64,000 bases of DNA from Escherichia virus TH15. Shown here piece after piece: positions 9,017-22,118 of the stretch; position 1 is the stretch's first letter, and the number at the start of each line of letters is the position of its first letter. Made by a program: the position numbers and the translations under genes. The stretch lies in the sequence record MT446392.1. One strand, 5' to 3'. The notes beneath the pieces were generated by a model that was given only the letters and a program-made list of their open reading frames with translations, ran no database searches and was not told the DNA's origin.

Positions 9017-10576
9017 TTAAATTCCCTTAACATATACACGTCTAAAGTAACCGTTCAAGCCGAGGCTGTTAACGATGTCCGGCATACCGTTTTGAATACG
9101 CTTGGTCGGAGCCTGAGCTGCCGGGTCAGCGAACGGGTTAATACCGATACCGTAACGGGTTTTGAAGCCCATAACCGGCTGGAAGTTTTTCGGGTCAGAG
9201 CCACGCAGCGGTGTCAGTGCAACATATGGTGCGTAGTAGATACCAGCATCCATTTCGTTAGCACCTTTGTAACCGATGGTGAAGTAATCTGCGCGAGCAT
9301 ACTGGTCGATATAGACACGGTATTTGCCACCCAGAACACCAGCGAACACAGCTTTAGTGGTGTCAACGTTGAAACCTTTACCCAGACCCTGAGCAGCATA
9401 AGATACGGAGGTATCAACTGCAGCCAGTACGTTAACTACGTTACGGGAAGCGATGATGAAGTTACCTGCACCACGACCGGTCTGACGAGCGATTTCAGCA
9501 GCTTCTTTGTCAATCTGGAACAGTAAAGCTTTGAAGCTTTCACCAGCCCAACGAGCGCCACGGATATCAATCGGGTCCTGGAAGTCAAACACACCAGCTT
9601 TAGCGCCAACGGTGTTGGTCATACCAGATTTACCAACCTGTGCGGAGTAGTTAATCCAATCGATAACTTCGCGGTTGATTTCCAGCATAATTTCAGTAGC
9701 CAGAATACCACTCAATTCAGCATCAGCGTCCATACCGTGAACAGCGCGCAGGTCCTGTGCCAGTTCGATAGAGTAGCTTGCTTTCAGCTGACGGGATTTA
9801 GCTTCGATAACTTGTTTATCGATGCGGAAGCCCATTTCGTTCCACGGGTTATCCTGAGAACCGTTGAAACCTTCCTGCAGTTCGGCGATAGAGGTAGCCA
9901 TACCTTCAGCGATTTCTGCCAGTTTACCAGCTTCGAGCAGTTTGGTAACTTCAGCGTCAAGTTTAGCAGCATCAGTAGCGGCGGCATCAACGGTTACAGC
10001 TTCAACAGCCTGGTAGTGTGCGGAACCGGTTGCTTCGAAGAAGTGAGAATAAATTTTACCAACGGTAAGAACTTTGCTTGCAGCCAGAGCTTCGAAAGCT
10101 TCAGCAGCGCCCTGACCGGAGAACATAGCGTTCGGAGCATACATCGGGTGGAAAGCTTCTTTAGCACCAGCAGCTACAGGGTCTTTACCGTAAACTGCAC
10201 GCAGGGCAAATACCTGGCCAGTCGGGTTGTTCAGAGGCTGGACGCCACAAATATCAAACGCAATCAGATGCGGGATAGCACGACGAACCATACCCATAAC
10301 TGCCGGCCCAATCTGAGTTACTGCACCAGAGGTCTGGCCAGCAGCGATATTGGTAGCATCATAACCATGGTCACCACCGATTTCAGCTTCGGTCAGGAAA
10401 GAACCAAATGCTTCGGAGATTTTTTCGTCACGGTATTCTGGAGCGGTCAGGATATCTTGTTCCTGGTTTTCAAAGATTTTAGCGATGATAGCTTGTTTAG
10501 AAGCACCAACGATTTCAGGAAGAGCTTCATTTTCCAGCAGAGCGGACCATTTTTGTACTAATGCATTCTTTTTCAT
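9017..10576 (-). CDS. 23: gp23 major capsid protein
   Basis: 519 aa; long blocks matching T4 gp23 as remembered (AIIAKIFENQE, GPAVMGMVRRAIP, NPWNEMGFRIDKQVIEAKSRQLKA). Confidence 0.97.
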   Translation of the reverse strand: MKKNALVQKWSALLENEALPEIVGASKQAIIAKIFENQEQDILTAPEYRDEKISEAFGSFLTEAEIGGDHGYDATNIAAGQTSGAVTQIGPAVMGMVRRAIPHLIAFDICGVQPLNNPTGQVFALRAVYGKDPVAAGAKEAFHPMYAPNAMFSGQGAAEAFEALAASKVLTVGKIYSHFFEATGSAHYQAVEAVTVDAAATDAAKLDAEVTKLLEAGKLAEIAEGMATSIAELQEGFNGSQDNPWNEMGFRIDKQVIEAKSRQLKASYSIELAQDLRAVHGMDADAELSGILATEIMLEINREVIDWINYSAQVGKSGMTNTVGAKAGVFDFQDPIDIRGARWAGESFKALLFQIDKEAAEIARQTGRGAGNFIIASRNVVNVLAAVDTSVSYAAQGLGKGFNVDTTKAVFAGVLGGKYRVYIDQYARADYFTIGYKGANEMDAGIYYAPYVALTPLRGSDPKNFQPVMGFKTRYGIGINPFADPAAQAPTKRIQNGMPDIVNSLGLNGYFRRVYVKGI

Positions 10577-10597
10577 GTGTTGTATAACCTTATTAAA

Positions 10598-11416
10598 TTA
10601 AGAAATTCGTGATGCTGCGAGAGCAGACAAGTCCGCGAAGGACAGGGTAGGCTTGGCGCCTTTTTCTTCAACTGCTTCTGAAATGTAATTCAGTGCCGCA
10701 GCATCGTCTACATTTTTATTTATAGCGGCTTCGGTGATTGGTTTTTCGGTGGGTTCTACCTGACCTTTAACCATTTCAACAATAGCGCCAATTTTGGTAC
10801 CGAATGCATCAGAGTAATCCATGCCTTCTACCAGAGAACCAACTTTTTCTTTCTGAGATTCAGTCAGGTCTTTGGTTGCTTCAGTCAACGCAACTTCACG
10901 TTGGACATAATTGATATAAGCATCACGCTTAGAAACTTCTTCGAACAGACTAGCGGTTTCTTCTTTCTGTTCAGCCAGTTCTTCCTGCATTTCTGCAACA
11001 ACATCAACAGATTCTTCTGGAACAACAACGTTGTGCTCAACGAACAGTTCTTTCATGCCGGTAAACATGGATTCGAACAGGTCAGCTTTAATGCCACGGT
11101 CGACAGCCAGTTTGTTTTCAGCAAGCCATTCTTTAGCAACGTGGTCCAGGAATTTAGCTGCAGATTCTTTCAGTTTTTTCTCTGCTTTTTCGTCGGATTC
11201 TTCTTTATTCTTTTCGACTTCTTCTTCAGCTTTTTCAGCGATGGCGTGAATGTGAGATTCTGCCAGTTTGATGGCGTGTTGCTTGACGGTAGCTTCGAAT
11301 ACAGTGCCGAAGGTAGCTTTCGCTTCCGGGGACAAATTAACTGATTCGAAAATACTATCAAGAGCAACGGAAGCATCGATATTCTGAGCTTCAGAAATGA
11401 GTTGTTCTTTAAGCAT
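10598..11416 (-). CDS. 22: gp22 prohead core scaffold protein
   Basis: 272 aa acidic coiled-coil protein between 21 and 23; T4 synteny. Confidence 0.88.
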   Translation of the reverse strand: MLKEQLISEAQNIDASVALDSIFESVNLSPEAKATFGTVFEATVKQHAIKLAESHIHAIAEKAEEEVEKNKEESDEKAEKKLKESAAKFLDHVAKEWLAENKLAVDRGIKADLFESMFTGMKELFVEHNVVVPEESVDVVAEMQEELAEQKEETASLFEEVSKRDAYINYVQREVALTEATKDLTESQKEKVGSLVEGMDYSDAFGTKIGAIVEMVKGQVEPTEKPITEAAINKNVDDAAALNYISEAVEEKGAKPTLSFADLSALAASRIS

Positions 11417-11445
11417 TTTGTAGTCCTGTTGTTAAGATATACATT

Positions 11446-11453
11446 TATTTATA
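11446..11453 (-). promoter_or_regulatory. T4-type late promoter TATAAATA upstream of gene 22
   Basis: 30 nt upstream of ATG at 11416. Confidence 0.65.
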
Positions 11454-12087
11454 ACGTCTTTAAAGCCTCTGCGAGAGCCATAAAGGCGTCATCGGCACTG
11501 GTATCGGCTTCCGCCGTTTGTGATTCTGTAATCTGCTTCGGTTTGACCCAAGCGTCCGGAGCACTCGGCCCCCATACTGCATCCACTCCAACCGTCAATT
11601 TAAAACCTTCGTTGACGATACTATAACCTTTGGCTGATTTAGTCAAGGAACCAAGTCCACGACTAGATACACCCGGAATCCAACCTGCTCTTATATTTGC
11701 GGCAAGTTTATCACCTGGGCCATGGTCGCCTTCAATAATTCGTGCACGTCCATATACATCATTTCCTTTCCACCACATTTCTTCAATAATAATTGCGGCT
11801 TGCATAGGGTCGACGTTCGCACGGGGTGGATGGTTTAATTCTCCAAGTGACTGCTTGGTTTCAACCTGTTCGGCGATATAATCCGCAACGGCTTTTTCCA
11901 AAATATGTTTAGGATAAAGTCGTTTATTACGGTTGACAACTTCAGCTTGTAGGAAAATCCCTTCAATATAAAGTCCAGGTTTTAAACCGCTGCCAGAACC
12001 ATCATGTGATTCCAGCATCGGTACACCATCTTTAATTTCGCCCGGTTGACCCCAGTGTTCGATTAGTAACTCTGGTTTCTGTTCCAT
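11449..12087 (-). CDS. 21: gp21 prohead core protease
   Basis: 212 aa; LLIE.WGQPGEI.DGVPMLESHDG...LGELNHPPRANVDPMQAAIIIE matches T4 gp21 as remembered. Confidence 0.95.
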   Translation of the reverse strand: MEQKPELLIEHWGQPGEIKDGVPMLESHDGSGSGLKPGLYIEGIFLQAEVVNRNKRLYPKHILEKAVADYIAEQVETKQSLGELNHPPRANVDPMQAAIIIEEMWWKGNDVYGRARIIEGDHGPGDKLAANIRAGWIPGVSSRGLGSLTKSAKGYSIVNEGFKLTVGVDAVWGPSAPDAWVKPKQITESQTAEADTSADDAFMALAEALKTL

Positions 12088-12515
12088 TAATTCAGTCCGA
12101 ATGCTTTACGCTTAGCTCGAGCTTTTTTGCGCTTGCGCTCTGCTCTGATTTGCGTTGATGGGTTTGCACGTTTGGTTTTAGTAGCTTTACGGGCAATTTG
12201 ACGACGTTTTGCTTTAGAAAGACCGGTTGTCTGGAAAGCGTTACGGCTACGAGTAGCACGGTCTTTTGTGCGGGTTAATTCACCGCGGGACGATACATGT
12301 TTAACGATAAATTCGTCAAGCTGAATATCTTCATTCAGTGCACCGATAACGATTGCTTTTTCAATCTCACCGTTGGCAAACATGTTTTCTACAATAATAT
12401 TTATATCGTCCGTTTCTAAGGCTTCGGATAATGAGTCAAATTGTCCCTGAGCTGCTTCTGAAATACTTTCGATATTTTCAAGAGTTAATTCGTAACCTTC
12501 AGGGAGAATAAGCAT
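12087..12515 (-). CDS. 68: gp68 prohead core protein
   Basis: 142 aa, basic C-terminus; position between 67 and 21 as in T4. Confidence 0.75.
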   Translation of the reverse strand: MLILPEGYELTLENIESISEAAQGQFDSLSEALETDDINIIVENMFANGEIEKAIVIGALNEDIQLDEFIVKHVSSRGELTRTKDRATRSRNAFQTTGLSKAKRRQIARKATKTKRANPSTQIRAERKRKKARAKRKAFGLN

Positions 12516-12778
12516 TATTCGTCGTCCTCATCGTCTTCATCATCGTCGTCGCCTTCATCGGCATCGTCAGAATCTTTTTTATCTTTCTTCTCGTCCTTGG
12601 TATCTTTATCGTCTTCATCATCTTCTTTAGGCTCTTCGCCTTCAATCATGATGGAACGTGCAATTTCAATCTTACGTTCTTGAATCAAACTACCGCATAC
12701 TGGGCCAATGTTTTCAGCAAAATATTTGCGAACGGCTACGAGGTCGTTTGATTTAATGGCTTCAAATAAATCATCCAT
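12515..12778 (-). CDS. 67: gp67 prohead core protein (acidic C-terminal tail)
   Basis: 87 aa with poly-D/E tail; position between 20 and 68 as in T4. Confidence 0.75.
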   Translation of the reverse strand: MDDLFEAIKSNDLVAVRKYFAENIGPVCGSLIQERKIEIARSIMIEGEEPKEDDEDDKDTKDEKKDKKDSDDADEGDDDDEDDEDDE

Positions 12779-14352
12779 TAGAAATCCTCTTCTTCTTCTT
12801 CAGGGTTTTGGAAACGAGCCTCTTTGGACTCCAACTCAATTTGCTTAGCTTCTTGGTTGATTTCTTCATCAGACATTTGGAGGAAATCCTTCATTGCAGT
12901 TTGATGCGAAATATATTTACCGATAAACGGTTCAGCCATTGTTAGCATATTGATTCTGCGTTCCATGATTTCTGCGTCTTTCATTTCGGTGAAATAGCTA
13001 TCACGGTTGAACGTAACTTTAATATTATTTAGTTCCTTGTCCCACTCATCCTCTGTGATAACTTTCTTAAGGATAAGGTTTGTTTTCAATGGGTCAAGGA
13101 AAACTTCTTCAAATTTATTCTGGAGCTGACGAATCCACTTAGCAAAATTCAACTCATCACGAGTAATTGTTGCCCCGGCATCAAACATAACACCACTGTT
13201 TTGGTCGTTAGGGATACGAGATAATGGAATTCTCAAGGCTTGATATAGGTTGTTCTTAAACCAGCGAACATCGTCCATATCCGACATACCTTGCGCACCT
13301 GGCAATGTATCAACTTCGGTGACTGCTTTACCATCACGACGTTGTAACCAATAGTCTTCTGTCATAGACATGTTATGTTGTTGGTTTTTGATTTTACCTG
13401 TGGTTGCATCATATACGACACGGTTTTTCATCGTGTTCATAATATGTTGCATGTGTGCTGCTGCCTTACGAGACGGCATGTTTCCTGTGTCGATATAAAA
13501 TACACGACGGTCTGGAGCACGAGTAATACGGTAGATAACTAATGCATCTTCTAATAGTTTTAATTGGTTTGCAGGTTTGATTGCTCGTTGCAGGTATCCG
13601 ATGATATTCTTACCGCAACGATCAAGTAATCCGGAATGCGCATATACAATTGCCGCACGAGGAATTTTTATTTTTGTACCTGCTTCATATATACGACCAT
13701 CGGCACAATAACTTTCATGACCTGTATCGTATACAAAATATTCTCTGTAACCGTCAACAATTTTCGTACCATTTTCCATGCGTGTAACGATTTCACGGAT
13801 GAACTGGATTTGTCTTGGGTCAAGGCGACGAAGTTCTTGAACGCCTTCTTTAATTTTTGAAGGGTTGATAATTTTGTGGAAGAAAATTCGAGAATCCACA
13901 TACCAACGTTTAAAATGGTCAGAGCCTTTACGTTCGAAATTAAGGAGGTTATTCACTTCCAAAAATTCTTCAAGGATTCTATCTTTAATATTCTGACTAA
14001 ATTCAGTAGCATCAAGGTTAAGAGCTACAACATCTTTACCGTCTTCAAATACGATGGCATCAGACACAATCTCTTGAACCGCGTTATCAACTTCATAATT
14101 ATTTAGTAGGTTGCGGTATGTGTCAATTAATTCCCTGGTGTTTTTTACTTCCGGTTCGTTGCTCCCGAACATCTGTTGCATCAATGCATTATACGGGACG
14201 TTTTGTTCTTGTGACTCAATTTCGCGAGCCCCATCATCAAACTTCGGCCCGGTCATTGACTCTAAATTATTTTTTTCTTGTTGCTTATATTCTTGTTCAT
14301 CTTCTTTAGCCCAAGGCTTAAGAAAATTTAGTATTGTATTAAAACCTGCCAT
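12778..14352 (-). CDS. 20: gp20 portal vertex protein
   Basis: 524 aa, same length as T4 gp20; synteny. Confidence 0.93.
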   Translation of the reverse strand: MAGFNTILNFLKPWAKEDEQEYKQQEKNNLESMTGPKFDDGAREIESQEQNVPYNALMQQMFGSNEPEVKNTRELIDTYRNLLNNYEVDNAVQEIVSDAIVFEDGKDVVALNLDATEFSQNIKDRILEEFLEVNNLLNFERKGSDHFKRWYVDSRIFFHKIINPSKIKEGVQELRRLDPRQIQFIREIVTRMENGTKIVDGYREYFVYDTGHESYCADGRIYEAGTKIKIPRAAIVYAHSGLLDRCGKNIIGYLQRAIKPANQLKLLEDALVIYRITRAPDRRVFYIDTGNMPSRKAAAHMQHIMNTMKNRVVYDATTGKIKNQQHNMSMTEDYWLQRRDGKAVTEVDTLPGAQGMSDMDDVRWFKNNLYQALRIPLSRIPNDQNSGVMFDAGATITRDELNFAKWIRQLQNKFEEVFLDPLKTNLILKKVITEDEWDKELNNIKVTFNRDSYFTEMKDAEIMERRINMLTMAEPFIGKYISHQTAMKDFLQMSDEEINQEAKQIELESKEARFQNPEEEEEDF

Positions 14353-14400
14353 TAGAGTCTCCGAAGTTTGGGAAATGAGGCCGAAGCCTCATAATAACTT

Positions 14401-14408
14401 TATTTATA
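14401..14408 (-). promoter_or_regulatory. T4-type late promoter TATAAATA upstream of gene 20
   Basis: Minus-strand TATAAATA about 49 nt upstream of ATG at 14352. Confidence 0.6.
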
Positions 14409-14409
14409 C

Positions 14410-14901
14410 TTATTCCCACCAGTCAATTGCAAACGTAGTTTCGAATGTCTCAATCTCATTATTCGAATCCCAATCCATCTGAACTTCCCCAACGTTAGTT
14501 GGCCACATGCCGGTGATAACAACTTCTTTAGTAACGGTCTTGCCATCACGATGGAACTGGCGAACAGTAGCGGTTTTCTTATAATCAGCAGGAGCTGCAC
14601 CGGTAATTTCGTTGGTCATACCGTGACACATATTTTGCCAATCAACAATTGCTTGACGAACTTTATGAGCATCGTCGTTATAAATCGTAATAGTCCAGTC
14701 ATCAAATGTACGGTCTCCCGCAACGTTGATTTTACGGTTCATGTAACCAACTGGTACTTTTTCTACAATGCCTGCTGGCATCGGGGCTGCTTTACAATGG
14801 AAAGCAAAGTTTTTACCCAGGAATGGGATTTCGACTTCGAACAGGTTAGGGCGAGCAAAGTCACCGGATTCGAAAGCGCGTGTGATATCGGTCAACTCCA
14901 T
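14410..14901 (-). CDS. 19: gp19 tail tube protein
   Basis: 163 aa from ATG at 14901 (MELTDITRAFESGDFARPNLFEV matches T4 gp19 N-terminus); track start at 14952 rejected. Confidence 0.93.
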   Translation of the reverse strand: MELTDITRAFESGDFARPNLFEVEIPFLGKNFAFHCKAAPMPAGIVEKVPVGYMNRKINVAGDRTFDDWTITIYNDDAHKVRQAIVDWQNMCHGMTNEITGAAPADYKKTATVRQFHRDGKTVTKEVVITGMWPTNVGEVQMDWDSNNEIETFETTFAIDWWE

Positions 14902-14953
14902 TAAGGAATCCTCTTTATAGACACAGGTCGCGCGTACGCGTCCCTGATGCATG

Positions 14954-14961
14954 TATTTATA
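14954..14961 (-). promoter_or_regulatory. T4-type late promoter TATAAATA upstream of gene 19
   Basis: 53 nt upstream of ATG 14901. Confidence 0.6.
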
Positions 14962-15019
14962 CTAGGTAATATGATTCATCATCTCAAGATAATGGCTTCC
15001 CAGAATCAACCACAGGAGC

Positions 15020-15070
15020 CCGTAGAACCGATTATGCTTTTATTTATAACACTGTATAATGGTTCTACGG
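15020..15070. repeat. 10-bp perfect inverted repeat CCGTAGAACC / GGTTCTACGG with 31-nt spacer in 18-19 intergenic region
   Basis: Read directly; spacer contains TATTTATA and TGTATAAT. Confidence 0.7.
15041..15048 (-). promoter_or_regulatory. second TATAAATA late promoter motif in 18-19 intergenic region
   Basis: Exact octamer inside loop of inverted repeat. Confidence 0.45.
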
Positions 15071-15106
15071 TTTTACTGCTAATTAATTCTTTCTAAGCGA
15101 TGATAA

Positions 15107-17086
15107 TTATTGTGGCCCAATCAGCTCATCAAAATCAGCACCAGTGCTTGTGGCTACGAAATTAAGCGTGATGTAGTTGATGCTGCGCGCAGGTTTAAAA
15201 TAAATGCTAGCAACAAACTCATTTCGGTCTATGACCGACGGGGTGTTGTTAGTAGTATCACAAACCACACGACCTTCATAAATGCCACCAAGCGCGCGAA
15301 TACCATCCAAGTATTGAGAAGTTTCCATACGGAATGATGCACGAGTGAAGTTATCGTTAAGCTCAAACAGTTTATATTTGGATGCGTCACCGATATTTTT
15401 CTTCAGCATATTCGTAAGACGGCGAACGTTAATATGGTCCATCGGAGATGGAACTTTAGTTGCAGTCTTATCACCATACAGAACAAAACCATCACCACCT
15501 GCGAAACCAACAACCGGGTTGATAGCTTCTTGATACATGCGGTCACGCTGGGTCTGACGAGGTTCAACAGCCAATTTCAGAACGTTCAAAATCTGACCAC
15601 GGTTATAACCAGCCGGAGACATCCAAGGCTGAGAAACATCATCAGTACGAGCACACAGACCAGCCATATCAGCTGCCAGAGGAACCCAACGGTTAACGTC
15701 GTTATATTTATCATACTGATATTTATAGTTGCCATCAATCGCTGCATAAGTCGTGCTGATATTCATGTTATCAGTATCGAATGTACCACCGCCTGTACGC
15801 CAGTCAATCAGGTTATCCACTGCACGGGTCAGAGGAACATTAACCAACAGCCCTTTCGGAGGAGAAATGAATGCCAGACAATCCTGACGTTCGTCAGCAA
15901 TAGAAACTACGTGCTTCTGAACAGTGGAAGCAGTTGCATCACCTTCACCAGCTACTGCACCAGCAATAAGCAGGTTAATATGCAGAGCTTCACGGTCAGC
16001 GAACAGGTCCCAACCTTGCATCAAATCACCAGCAGTAATCTTATCGTTTGCAGAAATACCACCCGACAGATTGATAATACCGCTGAAGCCTACAGGCCAG
16101 TTACGAGATGTTGCATAGATGTAGTTGGAAGTACCTTTTGCAAAGTAGTCATCCAGGTAAATATTATTACCGTAAACATCTTTTTCGCCCTGCTTAGTAG
16201 ATAGAACAACGTTTTCGACGATTGCACCATCACGGCGAACGATAATTGCATATTGGTTTTCGGACTGGGGTCCATAGTTAAACAATGCACGAGCTACAGA
16301 AGCACGCGTACCACCACCAGGGAAAATATCCAGATTTGTAGTTGCACCTTTTTCGAATTCAGCTTTAGATACGATTTCAACTTCCAGAGTCGAACCAATT
16401 TCACCAGGATAAAGAGCAACAACACCTGGCATTGCATATTTGGCTAAAGATGCCTGGAATTCCAGAGAAGTAATTACTTCTTCACTGTTTTCTGCTTCGG
16501 TCAACAGAATACCTGAATCGGTAACAATTTTACCTACAGTGATTGTACCGGATACACCAGAAGAAGTGGTCGTAACTTCTGCAGTCCACGCACTACCCAA
16601 ATTAGGATACTGATTAATAGTTTTAGCAAATGCAATAATCTTATTGGTAGGAATAAAGATTGCCAGAATTTTACCATCAACATCAACCTTGGTCACACGG
16701 CCAGCTGGTTCAACGACCGTCTGGTTATGCTTAACCTGGATAACATCACCAACGGCATAGTTTGTACCCGCAGTAACGATGGTAGTTTCAATATTGCCGG
16801 CAACAGGGGATGCGTTTTTAGCTTCGTCGCGGTTAACAACACGTACAGTACGAAGGTCGTTACCATATTGCAGGAAGTTCATCCCACTCATAAAGTAATC
16901 TGCTGTTTCATTATTCGGACCACCAAACAAATCAACAAGTTCAACTTCGTTTGTAATCTGAGTTACCTGGAAAGCTGGGCCCCACTGGAATTTACCAACC
17001 AGCGCCGCACGACCCGTCGCGTTACGAACAACAGTGCTTTGGACCGTTGTTTCTTTGAGCTCAATGCCCGGGGATAATAAAGCCAT
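15107..17086 (-). CDS. 18: gp18 tail sheath protein
   Basis: 659 aa, same length as T4 gp18; synteny. Confidence 0.95.
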   Translation of the reverse strand: MALLSPGIELKETTVQSTVVRNATGRAALVGKFQWGPAFQVTQITNEVELVDLFGGPNNETADYFMSGMNFLQYGNDLRTVRVVNRDEAKNASPVAGNIETTIVTAGTNYAVGDVIQVKHNQTVVEPAGRVTKVDVDGKILAIFIPTNKIIAFAKTINQYPNLGSAWTAEVTTTSSGVSGTITVGKIVTDSGILLTEAENSEEVITSLEFQASLAKYAMPGVVALYPGEIGSTLEVEIVSKAEFEKGATTNLDIFPGGGTRASVARALFNYGPQSENQYAIIVRRDGAIVENVVLSTKQGEKDVYGNNIYLDDYFAKGTSNYIYATSRNWPVGFSGIINLSGGISANDKITAGDLMQGWDLFADREALHINLLIAGAVAGEGDATASTVQKHVVSIADERQDCLAFISPPKGLLVNVPLTRAVDNLIDWRTGGGTFDTDNMNISTTYAAIDGNYKYQYDKYNDVNRWVPLAADMAGLCARTDDVSQPWMSPAGYNRGQILNVLKLAVEPRQTQRDRMYQEAINPVVGFAGGDGFVLYGDKTATKVPSPMDHINVRRLTNMLKKNIGDASKYKLFELNDNFTRASFRMETSQYLDGIRALGGIYEGRVVCDTTNNTPSVIDRNEFVASIYFKPARSINYITLNFVATSTGADFDELIGPQ

Positions 17087-17115
17087 TTTGAGTCCTCTAA
17101 TAGTTTGCTTTACTT

Positions 17116-19422
<2,307 letters not shown>

Positions 19423-19426
<4 letters not shown>

Positions 19427-20298
19427 AATGGTACCTTATTTTGTCGCGGTGCTGGGGGTGCCGGGTCAACCGGTACAGGAATATCCTGCGAATATGTTTG
19501 AATGGATTCACCTTGCCAGTCTTCTTGGTCAACGCCTCGTGGAACGGCTTCCGAGTCAACAGATTCGAAATTACCTTCCGGAGCAAGCTCTCTGGAATTT
19601 GCAAAGAAGTCAAGATAGATAGTACGGATTTCTCCGGCCACTTCTTTAACCGGTGGATATAACCAGCCGTTAACTTCGAACATAATAGACCATTCGAGTC
19701 TACGACGAGTCATTGCATCACCTTCAATTTGCTCATCCATAGCAATGGACTGAAGCACGATTCTTATATCACGTTCGAATGTAATTTCATTCGTGTAAAG
19801 TTCGGTGATAGTTGTATTAAAATGTGGCTGGAAGTATGGCATGATTTGTTCGATAATCTGGAACATATCATCTTGGTGCCTTGTATATATCCCAAGCTCA
19901 AAAATCATTTTGACCGGTACAGGAGAATATTGAGATATCTGCTTGCGAGGGTCGTTATTAGCAAATCGCGCCTGTGTGTGATTCTGGAGAGCCGTTTTAT
20001 ATTGCCCGTTATACATCAAGTCAACAAGATGTAAGTTCATACGGGGCAATACGGTCTCGATTTTAGCCTTCTGAGCAGCACGTTCTTGTGGTGACATGTC
20101 AGGAGTCGGTGTATTCTGAATTGCGGTCCATTTTCCAAGCTGCATCATGAATTTTTCTTTTGATGCATAGGAAATAGGGACCTTAATATATTTAAGTCCA
20201 GTGTCTTCTCTGGTTCTGGCCACTTGTACATGGGAAAATAAATCGCCCATTAAAACGATATAGCGACGCAGAGACGAATTATAAAAATGCCCAAACAA
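19423..20298 (-). CDS. 15: gp15 tail sheath stabilizer / tail terminator
   Basis: 291 aa; MFG.FYNSS.RRY..LMGDLFS matches T4 gp15 N-terminus. Confidence 0.92.
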
Positions 20299-20341
20299 AG
20301 TAACCTCCAGGCGCCCAGTTCGGGCGCATTAATAAATGTAT

Positions 20342-21127
20342 TTATTCATCAAAGAAACTATCGTCAAAGCTATCCTGTTTTGCCTTAGGCGGTGACTCGA
20401 GCCCTCGTCCATTCTGCACAAAATATGGTTTAACATATTCAGCTGCTTCTGCATTAATCTCATCAGATTCTGCATAAGGGATATCACTGATATCTGTAAG
20501 GCCATCGATATTGTGGATTGGTTGCAAATCGAGCTCACTGAATTCTGGAATATTAATACCTTCATTTCGTTGCAATTCAGGTTTAAGCTCTTCTCCGGAG
20601 TAAATGTATTTGCTCGCGGTGATTTTACGGATGGCGTTTTGACCTACCTGATAGAACGGGTCATAAGGCTGTACCCAGGTTATTTCGAACAGACTGTTAT
20701 CGAGAGGGAAATAAATCAAATCCCCTGCAATAGGTTCGGTGCCGTTGCATTGATGTTTAAACAGATTAGGGTTAATCGACACTGTGATTTCATCATTCAC
20801 AGTCATACCAAATTTACTGAAGATGGAACCATCACCCTGATAAGCATCGAACGTATCCAGATAACCAGCAAATTTCCATGCTTTATCAAATTTGCTCTGG
20901 AGGTCTTCGCCGAATAACAAATCTGGTTTAACGAATTGTCTTGGGATGTAATAGAGAGACATTCCGCGCATCTGAATACTTTCAGCAACAATAGCATCGG
21001 CTAAAGTCTGGGTATTTTCATGATGCATAAAGTTTACATAAGGGTTCAATATCTCTGTGGCATTGGTATTGTCATACCCGGTCCCGTCTTCGAGCCGGGC
21101 GAATAAGTTCGCGTCATATGTAGCCAT
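20342..21127 (-). CDS. 14: gp14 neck protein
   Basis: 261 aa; synteny between 13 and 15. Confidence 0.88.
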   Translation of the reverse strand: MATYDANLFARLEDGTGYDNTNATEILNPYVNFMHHENTQTLADAIVAESIQMRGMSLYYIPRQFVKPDLLFGEDLQSKFDKAWKFAGYLDTFDAYQGDGSIFSKFGMTVNDEITVSINPNLFKHQCNGTEPIAGDLIYFPLDNSLFEITWVQPYDPFYQVGQNAIRKITASKYIYSGEELKPELQRNEGINIPEFSELDLQPIHNIDGLTDISDIPYAESDEINAEAAEYVKPYFVQNGRGLESPPKAKQDSFDDSFFDE

Positions 21128-22065
21128 TAGCCCACCAATATAGGAGTCGGTGCATCCAGCAGGTCAAGTTCTTCGCGGAGACGTTCTTTTTCCATACGAG
21201 CTTCTTCGATTAAACGAACACCATCGACCGTAACTCCACCTGGCATCATCATCCCTTGGTGTTTAGCCAATACGTTGCCGTTAACTTCCTTAACAAGCGC
21301 CGTGGCATAGTCTTTCACCCAACGGTTGTTATATGCACCATCTTGAAGCCCAAGGTCCTCGCCAGCTCTCATACCGCTTATTCTGCGTGCCGGGTTATCC
21401 CACTGTGCACCGGCATTCCACGGATTATCACAATCAGCCGAGGTAAAACCATAACCAGCTGTATTGCCAACCATTGAATCCACACCGTTATATGATTTGG
21501 TATAAACTTCAATTACAATCACATCCCCTTGACGGAAGTTGCCCATAATTTTAAGTTGTTCGGTATCATCGTTATACCAGTAATCCGGAAGCGGAACCAT
21601 CAGGTCTTGCATCATCGAACGATATTGCATAAGCTGTGTAAAATAACCAAGGTCTGCACCAAAGGCATTTGGACCAAAGCTATTACATGAGCTACCCATC
21701 CCACCGTTAATCCCGGCAAGTCCCAGAACGAAATCTGTAAACCATGGATATGTGGCTTGCCCGTCCATTGAAGTTAATGAACCGACGTTAGTACGAATAA
21801 TCTGCGTTACTGCAAAAATATTACGTCCTTTTAAATCGAAAACACCATCGCGGAATTTCTGTTGTGAAACTTCATCATGACCGATATAAAAAGCCTGATA
21901 ACCTTTGTTATATCCATTATAATGATATTCACCGTATAATTCTAATGCACGCTGGATGCAATCATAGACTTGGTCGGTCGTAACTTCGATATTCGTGATT
22001 GGAGCACCAAGACGACGAAGGATTGCATCTTTTAATTGTTTCGGGTTGTATGATTCAGTTGCCAT
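21127..22065 (-). CDS. 13: gp13 neck protein
   Basis: 312 aa; [32 protein letters not shown] matches T4 gp13. Confidence 0.93.
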   Translation of the reverse strand: MATESYNPKQLKDAILRRLGAPITNIEVTTDQVYDCIQRALELYGEYHYNGYNKGYQAFYIGHDEVSQQKFRDGVFDLKGRNIFAVTQIIRTNVGSLTSMDGQATYPWFTDFVLGLAGINGGMGSSCNSFGPNAFGADLGYFTQLMQYRSMMQDLMVPLPDYWYNDDTEQLKIMGNFRQGDVIVIEVYTKSYNGVDSMVGNTAGYGFTSADCDNPWNAGAQWDNPARRISGMRAGEDLGLQDGAYNNRWVKDYATALVKEVNGNVLAKHQGMMMPGGVTVDGVRLIEEARMEKERLREELDLLDAPTPILVG

Positions 22066-22083
22066 ATGTTTTCCTCTTTACTG

Positions 22084-22091
22084 TATTTATA
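22084..22091 (-). promoter_or_regulatory. T4-type late promoter TATAAATA upstream of gene 13
   Basis: 19 nt upstream of ATG at 22065. Confidence 0.6.
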
Positions 22092-22093
22092 CG

Positions 22094-22118
22094 AAAAAAG
22101 GGCCGAAGCCCTTTTGTT
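22094..22118 (-). terminator. intrinsic terminator downstream of wac (GGGC-ttcg-GCCC plus T6 on minus strand)
   Basis: Hairpin read on minus strand directly after wac stop. Confidence 0.65.

Noticed and set aside
9737-10561. 274-aa plus-strand ORF inside gene 23
   Set aside because: Antisense shadow ORF within a confidently assigned capsid gene; low-complexity translation
12515-12778. Acidic poly-D/E tail looked like a low-complexity artefact
   Set aside because: Position and composition match the T4 gp67 prohead core protein, so kept as a real gene
14902-14952. N-terminal extension of gene 19 given in the ORF track
   Set aside because: Extension would start within or upstream of the late promoter at 14954-14961; MELTDITRAF at 14901 matches the T4 gp19 N-terminus
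15434-16204. 256-aa plus-strand ORF inside gene 18
   Set aside because: Antisense shadow of tail sheath gene; same reasoning applies to other plus-strand ORFs within 9000-38400 (e.g. 10901-11344, 22214-22672, 36022-36602)
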